A model generated the notes under the pieces. That model saw only the letters and a program-made list of their open reading frames with translations. It did no database searches and was not told the DNA's origin. Both the position numbers and the translations under genes were made by a program. Of a stretch of DNA of 23,941 bases, positions 1-7,523 are shown one piece after another; within the stretch, counting starts at the first letter, position 1; each line of letters opens with the position of its first letter. This stretch comes from Candidatus Eiseniibacteriota bacterium (GTDB lineage Bacteria; Eisenbacteria; RBG-16-71-46; DASYSL01), in NCBI GenBank assembly GCA_031431875.1, contig JANPEF010000149.1:1-23941 (forward strand), in the 5' to 3' direction.

Positions 1-3000
1 GCGCCGCGGTCGACCGGGGACAGCAGCTCACCGTCATCCGCCGCCACCGGAGCGGCGGCCGGCACGACCACCGCGAGGTAGTCATCGCCGAACCCGCTGC
101 CGGCGCCCGCGACCGCAACGACGATGGCATGACCGGACTGATCATGCTCGACGCGCACCGCGACCTCGGCGACGTCGGTGTTGCCGCAGTTGTCGCTCGC
201 CGTGTAGGTGATCGTGTAGATGCGACCGGTGCGCGGTCCCATGCGCTCGGAGCGCAGCTGGAACGCGACGTCGGGCGTGCCGACCGTGGCGCCCACGATG
301 TCCGGCGCGGTGTTGCCGTCGCCCAGGTCGTTCTCGGGCTCGTTGCTGGTGATCGACGTCAGCACGAACGACGGATTGGGGCAGTTGTCGGAGACCGTGA
401 CGTCGGCCACGATGTCGACCAGCTTGTGGTTCGGCGGCCACAGGAACTCGCGGTTGAGGACCACGGCGATCTCGGGCGGCGTGACGTCCACCACCTCGAC
501 GTCGATCGTGTCGTTGGATGCGTTGCCACACTGGTCGGCGATCCCCACGTCGACGCGGATGACCGCCGGGCAGCTCGTGAGATCCGACACGAGCACCGTG
601 CCGGTCACCTCGAGGCGGCCGGGCAGCGGTTGAGCGGTGACCCACTGCGGAACGTCGACCGTGGCGTTGTTGCTCGGGTTCGTCACGGTGACGAGCACGT
701 CCGACGGGTCGATCGCGCAGTTGTCGGTGAGGACCGCCGTGAACGGCAGCAGGTACGTGCAGGTCGGGCCGACCTCGCCGCCCGTGGCGTCGGTGACGAC
801 GACCGGAGGCGTCGGATCGAGCACGGTGACGTCGGCGATCGCGTCGTCGGCCAGTCCGCAGCCGTCCGTGCCCGCGACCGTGATGCGCACGATGCTCGGG
901 CAGCTCGACAGGTCGCTGACGGTGACGGTGCCGGAGAAGTCGACGCGGTTGGCGCCGTTCTGCACCTTGTTGATCGCGCTGACGACGGTGGCCGTGCTGC
1001 CGAGCGAGGTGGCCGTGATCGTGACGTCACCCGGCTGCATGGTGCAGTCGTCGATCACGCTGCCGCTCACCGGGATCACGACGCTGCACGCCGGGCCGAC
1101 GTTCACCTCGGCCGGCGCGGTGACCGACGCCACCGGCGCCTCGGTCGAAATCGTGAAGTTGCCGTTCGAAACGTCGAAGAACACGTTCCCCGCGCCCTCG
1201 ACCTTCACGCGCGCGTCGGTCTGCGTCGTGGCGACGCAGGGCAGCACGACGGACTGCGAGCCGTCGTTCGGCACGTTGCCCGCGACCAGGTTCGGCCAGG
1301 TGAGACCGCCGTCGGTCGAGACGTAGATGTTCACGTTCGCGGCGACGCTGCCGCCGCCGACCGTCCACGTGACCGTGGTCGTGCAGCCGCCCTTGAGCGA
1401 CTCGCCGCCGTTCGGGGAGGTGACGAAGAACGGATCGCCCGCCACGGTGAGGACGACGGTGTCGTAGTTCACGCCGCCGCCGCCGGCCCGGTTGTCGCGT
1501 GCGGTGGCGCGGAACGTCAATGTGCGGTCGGTCGTGGGCAGGATCTCGAACGGCGTGGCCGTTCCTGCGAGCAGCGAGGTGAGGTTGGGGAACGTTCGCG
1601 TCGGGCTCCCCGTCGCGGGGAACGAGCGGAAGAGCGGCCCGCTGCCGCCCAGTGGCGGTGAGGCCGCGCCCAGGTCGTGCTGTTCCCAGCACCAGGTCAC
1701 CGCGTCGCCGTCGGGATCGCTGCCGGTGGCGGTGAGGGCAAACGGCGTGCCGCGCGGGATCGTGACGTCTCCGCCGGCGCCCACGGTCGGCGCCGTGTTC
1801 CCCGTCGCCGTCTGTGCCCCGCAGTTGCCGCCCGCCTCCCGGTAGTCGGTGATCTGTTCGAAGCTGTGCGTGTGGAAGTAGCCGTCGGCGCAGCCTGCGT
1901 TCGGGTCCTCGGCGACGGTGCAGCCGGCACAGGCGTACGACATGAGCGTGGTGCCGTTGCCGATCTCGTACGCCGAGCCGGCTACGCGCTCGACACAGCC
2001 GCCCGCGGTGCTGTTGTAGGTGTGCTGGGCGCCGAACTGGTGGCCCATCTCGTGCGGCAGGACGTCGGTCGTCCACAGCGCCGAGGCAATGTTCGTGACC
2101 GTGGATGCGGCGCGGCCGGCGTCGCCCTGGCAGACGCTCGCGAGCGCTGCCCGGCCCGAGAACGAGTTGCCGCCCCCCGCCCGCAGGTGGATCAAGTGAC
2201 CAATCTGGTAGGCCCCGCAGTCGGTGTCGAGCGTCGCGTCGGCCTCGTCGAGGAGAGTGCCGTCGACGCTCTCGGGATTGGTGAACGGGTCGGTGCCCGC
2301 GTTGGTGTATCCGGTCGAGGTGCACGTGATCGTGAAGCGGATCGCCACCTCGACTCCGTAGATCGCGTTCACCGCGGTGATGTAGTTGTTGAAGCGCTGG
2401 ACCACGGCGGCCTGGGACGCGTGCGCGTTCCGGAACTCGGCTGTCGCGACCATCGCCAGGTTGTAGGTGCGCAGGTTCGCGCCCGAAGGTGGGGCCAGCA
2501 CCGGTTTCCCGAGGACGGCCTGGGCCTCCTCATCGGACGAGCAGGTGAAGCCATCGGGGGTCGGGAGCTCGCTGCGGCGGAAGCTCAGGTACATGTCCGC
2601 AGCACCCGCTTCGACCCTTTCGATCACGATGTAGTCCGTCGGGGTCACGATCATGGCGTTGAAGCCGAGCGGCGAACGCGCGAAGCTCGCCGTGTGCGTC
2701 GGGTCGTCCACGCCCTGCGCGACGTAGCTCATGATCTCCGGATGCTCGGCCGACAGCTTGGGCGAGAGGACCGGCGATCGGCTCACCCGGAAGCGCGCGA
2801 ACGTGCCGTCGGGCATGGGCAGCGCGAGGATCGCGTTCGAGGTTCGCGACGCGGGCGTGAACTCGTCCGGCGCGTCGCGCAGGATGCGGAACAGCGCGAG
2901 ATCGTCAAGCTGGAGCAGCCGGTAGTCGTCGGGGGAGGCGAAGTCGTAAGCGAGCACGCCGCTCTGGATTGCGTCGGGCGCGAGTTCGCGCCACACGCCG

Positions 3001-3119
3001 TCGGTCGAACGCGCGCCGGGCGCGGCGAGCGCCGGCGTCGATGCGAAGAGGGCCGCGCAGGCGACCGCCAGAAACTGGCGGAAGAGCCGGGGCCGGAGGA
3101 AGGCCGGGGGATGGTTCAT
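1..3119 (-). CDS. Secreted reprolysin-like (M12B) zinc metalloprotease with C-terminal Ig/HYR-like modules; 3' end lies beyond the left window edge
   Basis: Translated by hand; it is missing from the ORF track, presumably because no stop lies in the window. ATG at 3119 has an AGGAG RBS. Signal peptide MNHPPAFLRPRLFRQFLAVACAALFASTPALA, then prodomain (LALPMPDGTFARFRV...SYVAQGVDDP). Zinc motif HEMGHQFGAQH at 2022-2054, then Cys-containing beta modules including LWPPNHKLVDI...GRIYTITYTASDNCGN. The frame matches at 3117, 2052, 183-212 and the left edge. Confidence 0.93.
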   Translation of the reverse strand, partial: MNHPPAFLRPRLFRQFLAVACAALFASTPALAAPGARSTDGVWRELAPDAIQSGVLAYDFASPDDYRLLQLDDLALFRILRDAPDEFTPASRTSNAILALPMPDGTFARFRVSRSPVLSPKLSAEHPEIMSYVAQGVDDPTHTASFARSPLGFNAMIVTPTDYIVIERVEAGAADMYLSFRRSELPTPDGFTCSSDEEAQAVLGKPVLAPPSGANLRTYNLAMVATAEFRNAHASQAAVVQRFNNYITAVNAIYGVEVAIRFTITCTSTGYTNAGTDPFTNPESVDGTLLDEADATLDTDCGAYQIGHLIHLRAGGGNSFSGRAALASVCQGDAGRAASTVTNIASALWTTDVLPHEMGHQFGAQHTYNSTAGGCVERVAGSAYEIGNGTTLMSYACAGCTVAEDPNAGCADGYFHTHSFEQITDYREAGGNCGAQTATGNTAPTVGAGGDVTIPRGTPFALTATGSDPDGDAVTWCWEQHDLGAASPPLGGSGPLFRSFPATGSPTRTFPNLTSLLAGTATPFEILPTTDRTLTFRATARDNRAGGGGVNYDTVVLTVAGDPFFVTSPNGGESLKGGCTTTVTWTVGGGSVAANVNIYVSTDGGLTWPNLVAGNVPNDGSQSVVLPCVATTQTDARVKVEGAGNVFFDVSNGNFTISTEAPVASVTAPAEVNVGPACSVVIPVSGSVIDDCTMQPGDVTITATSLGSTATVVSAINKVQNGANRVDFSGTVTVSDLSSCPSIVRITVAGTDGCGLADDAIADVTVLDPTPPVVVTDATGGEVGPTCTYLLPFTAVLTDNCAIDPSDVLVTVTNPSNNATVDVPQWVTAQPLPGRLEVTGTVLVSDLTSCPAVIRVDVGIADQCGNASNDTIDVEVVDVTPPEIAVVLNREFLWPPNHKLVDIVADVTVSDNCPNPSFVLTSITSNEPENDLGDGNTAPDIVGATVGTPDVAFQLRSERMGPRTGRIYTITYTASDNCGNTDVAEVAVRVEHDQSGHAIVVAVAGAGSGFGDDYLAVVVPAAAPVAADDGELLSPVDRG

Positions 3120-3265
3120 GTCAGGTCTCCTGAAAAGCGCACAATCGGCTGCGGACGGTGGGGGGAGACTTCGGGCCGCTGTGGACGTCGGCGAGGAGTT
3201 GAGGCGGGGCCCGCGAAGGGGGAACGTTCCGGGGACGTGAAATCGCACGCCGAGGAACGGGGAAC

Positions 3266-3294
3266 AGACTAGGCCCTGACCGACCCGGGGTCAA
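3266..3294 (-). promoter_or_regulatory. Putative sigma70 promoter for the metalloprotease gene
   Basis: Minus strand reads TTGACC-N17-TAGTCT, about 145 bp upstream of the ATG at 3119. Confidence 0.6.
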
Positions 3295-3406
3295 GCGAAT
3301 GGATCAAGCGTGCTTCCCCGCCGACGGCGACTTCCGTTCTAGCGTCACGCGGGCGAGCGTCCCAACTTGCAATCTTCATGCGCCCTCTCGGTTGGCTCCG
3401 CCCACG

Positions 3407-3540
3407 AGGAAGCTCGCCTCCGGCGAATCTGTCGGCCCCGACGAGATCGTCGCCTTCCTCGGCGCCGGCGGCATGGGCGAGGCGCTCGCGATCGCCCGGC
3501 CAATCTGCGGGCTTGCCCGCGCGGCGCCCACGGGCGGATC
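3407..3540 (+). pseudogene. Degenerate remnant of a Hanks-type Ser/Thr kinase N-terminus
   Basis: Reads (R)KLASGESVGPDEIVAFLGAGGMGE-ALAIARPICG, then GAHGRI in the neighbouring frame. This resembles the start of bacterial kinases (LGPYEI..LGAGGMGEVY) joined to the subdomain VIa helix (ALAIARQI..GL..AH..GI). No start codon (AGG) and no catalytic motifs. Confidence 0.6.
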
Positions 3541-5643
3541 ATGAAGGCCATGCGCGCCATCCCACTTGCCCTGCTCCTCGCCCTGCTCGTCGCCCCCTTG
3601 GTCACCGTCCCCACGCCTGCCACCGCCCAGTCCGCTGCCGATCGTGCCCGCGTGCTCCCCGCCGACGAAGTCCTGCGCCTGCTCGAAGAAGCGTCCGGCA
3701 TCGAATCGGCGGGCAAGTCGAGCCTGGCGGGTCTTTCGGACCGCCCGCTTCGCGTCCAGGCCGACTCGCTCCACTCCTACGACGCACTGCACTACCGGCT
3801 CGACATCACGCCGTCGCGCACCAGCCGCCACGTCGACGGCACGGTGACGCTGACGCTGGTGGTGCGCGACCCGGCGTTCACCACCGTCGACCTCGACGCG
3901 ATCGCCATGACGTTCTCCTCGGTCAAGGTGAATGGCGACGCCCGCACGACGTGGACGACGGGAGCGGGCAAGCTGAACGTGCCCGTGTGCGAGGGCCCGA
4001 GCTGCCCGCCGCATGCGCCCGGCGACACGCTCGTCGTCGAGGTGGCGTACGCGTGCAACCCGACGACCGGCTTCTATTACTACCCGCGCAACAGCTACAC
4101 GCTCTCCGAGCCCTACGACGCGCGGTACTGGTGGCCGTGCTACGACGAGCCCTCGGACAAGACGAGGCTCGACGTGTACGCGACCGTCCCGCTCACCGAG
4201 TCGTGCTGGTCGAACGGCCTGTTGATCGGGATCGCACCCGGCGGCCCCGGCACCCACGTCTGGCACTGGCAGGAGACGCACCCGATCGCGACCTACCTGG
4301 TGAGCGTCGCGGCGGCGAACTTCTGGCGCTTCGACCAGCTCGCGGGCACGGTGCCAATCGTCCACGTCGCGTTCCCCGAGGACTCGACCAGGGCGAAGCT
4401 CGACTTCGTCAACGTGCCGGCCATGCTCACGACGTTCTCGAACCTGTGGGAGCCCTACCCGTTCGACAAGTACGGGCAGGCCACGGTCGACCCGTTCGGC
4501 GCCGGCGGCATGGAGCACCAGACGATGACCACGCTGCGCCGCCAGCTCCTGCGCGGGGACCGCCTGTACGAGTACGTGTGGGCGCACGAGCTGGCGCACC
4601 AGTGGTGGGGCGACTGGGTGACCTGCGTCGATTTCCGCGACATCTGGCTCAACGAGGGATTTGCAACCTACGGCGAGGCCCTGTTCGTCGGGAGCTTCTA
4701 CTCGCCGGCCGCGTACGACTCGGCGATCGCGGCGCACATGGCTTCGGCCCTGACGGCCGATGCCAATTTTCGCTACGCGATCTACGATCCGCCGGCGAAC
4801 TACCTGTTCGGCACGACCATCTACAAGAAGGGCGGCAGTGTCCTGCACATGCTGCGCCGGGTGCTGGGCGACACGGACTTCTTCGCCGGCCTGCGCCTCT
4901 ACGGCCAGCGTTTTGCCTACGGGAACGCCACGACGCGCGAGCTCCAGCTTGCCATGGAGGACGCCAGCGGCGAGGCGCTGGCCTGGTTCTTCGACCAGTG
5001 GATCTTCGCCGCCGGCATCCCGACCTACTCCTGGGCGTGGCAGGCCGTCCCCGCCGACCCGCCCGCGCCGGACGAGAGCGACGTCGCGCTGTTCGTACGC
5101 CAGGTGCAGACCGCCGCGCCGCTCTACCGCATGCCGATCGAGTTCAGGGTGACGCGCGCCGCGCGGCCCGACACGTTCGTCACCGTGTGGAACGACGCGG
5201 TCAGCGAGCAGGCATTCGTCGTCCGCGTCAACGGCACCGTGACCGGCGTGATGATCGATCCGCGGGGCAGCATTCTCAAGCGGGTGCAGCCGTATGTACT
5301 CGATGCCGGGGATCCGGCCGTCGCGCTGGATCCGGGTCCGGGCCGGATCGAGCTGTCGGCGGCACCGAATCCGGCGCGGGGCAATGTCGTCCTGCGCGGT
5401 GCCTGGCTCGATGGCACCGCGGCCGCGACGATGCCGGCAACGGCCCGGTTCGCGGTGTTCGATGCGGGCGGGCGGCTGGTGCGGGACCTCGGCGCGGTTG
5501 CCGCGCCGTGGGGCGCCAGCGCGTTCGACGTGATGTGGGATCGCCGGGACGACGCGGGACAGGTCGTCGCGCCGGGCATCTACTTTGTGCAGGTCGTCGC
5601 CGGGCCCAGGCGCGAGGCAAGGCCGCTCGTGCTCGTGCGTTGA
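3541..5643 (+). CDS. Secreted M1-family zinc aminopeptidase with C-terminal FlgD-Ig/T9SS-CTD-like domain
   Basis: Signal peptide after ATG 3541 (or 3550). Motifs ARYWWPCYDEPSDK, GGMEH, HELAHQWWG...WLNEGFATY (HEXXH-18-E) and YKKG..VLHMLR. Tail APNP...VFDAGGRLVRDL...WDRRDDAGQVVAPGIYFV. The ORF-track start at 3367 is over-extended. Confidence 0.95.
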   Translation: MKAMRAIPLALLLALLVAPLVTVPTPATAQSAADRARVLPADEVLRLLEEASGIESAGKSSLAGLSDRPLRVQADSLHSYDALHYRLDITPSRTSRHVDGTVTLTLVVRDPAFTTVDLDAIAMTFSSVKVNGDARTTWTTGAGKLNVPVCEGPSCPPHAPGDTLVVEVAYACNPTTGFYYYPRNSYTLSEPYDARYWWPCYDEPSDKTRLDVYATVPLTESCWSNGLLIGIAPGGPGTHVWHWQETHPIATYLVSVAAANFWRFDQLAGTVPIVHVAFPEDSTRAKLDFVNVPAMLTTFSNLWEPYPFDKYGQATVDPFGAGGMEHQTMTTLRRQLLRGDRLYEYVWAHELAHQWWGDWVTCVDFRDIWLNEGFATYGEALFVGSFYSPAAYDSAIAAHMASALTADANFRYAIYDPPANYLFGTTIYKKGGSVLHMLRRVLGDTDFFAGLRLYGQRFAYGNATTRELQLAMEDASGEALAWFFDQWIFAAGIPTYSWAWQAVPADPPAPDESDVALFVRQVQTAAPLYRMPIEFRVTRAARPDTFVTVWNDAVSEQAFVVRVNGTVTGVMIDPRGSILKRVQPYVLDAGDPAVALDPGPGRIELSAAPNPARGNVVLRGAWLDGTAAATMPATARFAVFDAGGRLVRDLGAVAAPWGASAFDVMWDRRDDAGQVVAPGIYFVQVVAGPRREARPLVLVR

Positions 5644-5647
5644 GCGG

Positions 5648-6495
5648 ATGGACCCCTTCGAGATCAGGCGGCGTGTGATCACGTCGCTCTTCGCCGATCC
5701 CGTCCTGGCGGAGCGTCTTGTCCTGAAGGGGGCAACGCACTCGAACTCGTCCATCACGTCATCACGCGTGGATCGATCGACGTCGACCTGTCGATCGCCG
5801 ACGAGTTCGAGGATGTCGGCGACATTGCAGCCCGGATGTTCCGCGCGCTTCGCGTCGAGTTCGAGTCTGCCGGGTGTCTGCTGTTCGACGAGAGCTCTCG
5901 CGTTGTTCCGCCGGATTTGATTGTGGACCCCATGCCCTGGTGGGGAGGCTACAAGGTCGAGTTCAAGTTGATCGACAAGTCCACGGCGGGAGCGCTTGCG
6001 AGCGACCTCGATCGAATGCGCCGGGAGTCCGCAACCATCGATCTGCTGCAGGGTCGTCGGTTCTTCATCGACATCAGCAAGCACGAGTACTGCGACGGAA
6101 AGATCAGGATCGAGCTCGACGGCCGGTCGATCTTCGTCTACTCGGAGGAGATGTGCGTCATCGAGAAACTACGGGCGATCTGTCAGCAGATGCCCGAGTA
6201 TCCGCTGACGAACCGCCGGCCCCGATCCCGGGACTTCTACGACATCTATTCCACCGTGACGCGGCGGGCGATCGATTTGGCCCTCCCCGAGAACCGTGAG
6301 ATTTTTCAGAAGGTCTTCGCAGCGAAACGAGTCCCGCTCGAGTTGCTCGGTCGAATCACCGGGACACGGGACTTTCACGAGCCGGACTGGAATGCGGTAC
6401 GTGCGGCCGTGGTCGGGGAGGTCTTCGACTTCGGAATCTACTTCGATTTCGTCGTCGAAGAGGTCGTGAGACTAGAATCCCTCTGGAACGAATAG
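5648..6495 (+). pseudogene. AbiEii-family nucleotidyltransferase toxin (type IV TA), split by a 1-nt deletion in a G-run (or a sequencing error)
   Basis: ATG 5648 gives MDPFEIRRRVITSLFADPVLAERLVLKG. Adding one G to G5 at 5728-5732 restores LVLKGGNALELVH...RGSIDVDLS, in frame with ORF 5836-6495, which has EKLRAICQQ and RSRDFYDIY. Repaired length is 282 aa. Confidence 0.85.
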
Positions 6496-7341
6496 GCGCC
6501 AGCGGGAATTCAATGTCGAGTTGCGCATGCCGTGGAGCAGGTAGAAGTCGAAGGTCATCCCGATGCGCTCCAGGGGCTCAAGATCCGGCTCCCCAAAGCC
6601 CGCGCGCTCCATGAGGAATCCGATTGCCTGGTGATAGGGATAGACGTGGTCGAGGTGCTCGAGCGCGTCGACGATTTCTGCGCCCTTTACGCGACCGTGC
6701 GCGCCCCGGTACGCCTCGAGCACCTGTTGGACTCCCCCTGCATAGGCTGGTCGAACTGCGATGTCCACGAGGGTGCGTGCGATGCCGGTCACGGGGAGCG
6801 ATTCACCGTGGAGCCCGGGCATGACGGAAACGCCCCAGGCTCCAGTCTGCTTGCCGCTGAGGATGACCGCCCGGTGCGTGCCGAACGCAAAGATGTAGTT
6901 CGACGTCCGCTGCCGGCGGGAGAACGCCATCGTCAGGCGTTCTTGCAGGAGGCCCCCGCCACGAGGCTTCGCCGACTGCTCCTGATTGACGTGGATCGTC
7001 TTGGGGAGCTGATCGTTCAGCCCGTGCAGGAACACGGCCGTCCCATGCGAGAGGTAGCCGCGCGGACGCAGCGAGAGCGCCATGCGGAATGGGGAGTACT
7101 CGCCCCACGTGTAGCGAGTGACCTGTCCGTAATCCTCGGACTTGAGCTGGACGACCTGGAGTCCGAGGGACTCGATCAAGAATGCGATGAAGGCGCGGGC
7201 GGGCACCCGTTTCGCGAGGGCCCATTCCTCCGCGTGCTCGGATCGAAGCGAGATGAGTTCGGCCTCGGTGAAGACCCCGCCGGGCTTCTTCGCTAGTTCG
7301 CTCCGGATCTGTCCAGCGGCCCGGTCCAGGCTGCTTTCCAT
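6472..7341 (-). CDS. AbiEi-family antitoxin / transcriptional regulator (type IV TA)
   Basis: 289 aa, with a GGGAG RBS before ATG 7341. Motifs YLSHGTAVFLHGLNDQLPKTIHV and VTGIARTLVDIAVRPAYAGG are typical of AbiEi C-terminal domains, and the gene adjoins an AbiEii gene. Confidence 0.82.
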   Translation of the reverse strand: MESSLDRAAGQIRSELAKKPGGVFTEAELISLRSEHAEEWALAKRVPARAFIAFLIESLGLQVVQLKSEDYGQVTRYTWGEYSPFRMALSLRPRGYLSHGTAVFLHGLNDQLPKTIHVNQEQSAKPRGGGLLQERLTMAFSRRQRTSNYIFAFGTHRAVILSGKQTGAWGVSVMPGLHGESLPVTGIARTLVDIAVRPAYAGGVQQVLEAYRGAHGRVKGAEIVDALEHLDHVYPYHQAIGFLMERAGFGEPDLEPLERIGMTFDFYLLHGMRNSTLNSRWRLFVPEGF

Positions 7342-7358
7342 CGGAACTCTCCCTTTGT

Positions 7359-7390
7359 TGACGGTCTAGGTATATATACCTAGACCGTCA
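7359..7390. repeat. Perfect 32-bp palindrome 1 (putative operator)
   Basis: TGACGGTCTAGGTATA|TATACCTAGACCGTCA, ending 17 bp upstream of the abiEi-like start codon. Confidence 0.95.
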
Positions 7391-7396
7391 GATGAC

Positions 7397-7425
7397 AGCT
7401 TTTCACCCGGACGTCCCTGCGTCAA
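7397..7425 (-). promoter_or_regulatory. Putative sigma70 promoter of the antitoxin gene, between the two palindromes
   Basis: Minus strand reads TTGACG-N17-AAAGCT, with TG one base upstream of the -10 hexamer. The -10 match is weak. Confidence 0.45.
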
Positions 7426-7439
7426 GCTCAAAGGAACAC

Positions 7440-7471
7440 TCACCAGCTAGGTATATATACCTAGCTGGTGA
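7440..7471. repeat. Perfect 32-bp palindrome 2 (putative operator)
   Basis: TCACCAGCTAGGTATA|TATACCTAGCTGGTGA, extending with one mismatch to 7434-7477. It shares the 18-bp core CTAGGTATATATACCTAG with palindrome 1. Confidence 0.95.
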
Positions 7472-7523
7472 ATGTTCTCGATCTGAGAGTGCCAAGAGAT
7501 ATAACATGTTCAAACACAATGGG

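Noticed and set aside
129..3272. Plus-strand ORFs of 510 aa and 531 aa
   Set aside because: Antisense shadows of the reprolysin gene. They are Arg/Gly/Val-rich with no motifs, as expected in high-GC DNA.
3376..6084. 902-aa minus ORF and 766-aa alternative-frame plus ORF
   Set aside because: Shadows of the M1 peptidase, whose frame carries all the catalytic motifs.
5836..6495. 219-aa ORF as a complete stand-alone gene
   Set aside because: It lacks the N-terminal KGG and DxD motifs, which lie upstream across the frameshift. It is the 3' part of the AbiEii gene.
7358..7386. Plus-strand TTGACG-N17-TAGACC promoter-like match
   Set aside because: It arises from the palindrome's own symmetry, lacks the final T of the -10, and points only at the antisense of the SNF2 3' end.
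7359..7471. Two palindromic repeats as a mini CRISPR array or as terminators
   Set aside because: There are only two copies with different arms, no loop, no U-tract and no cas genes. Their position in front of a regulator gene fits operators better.
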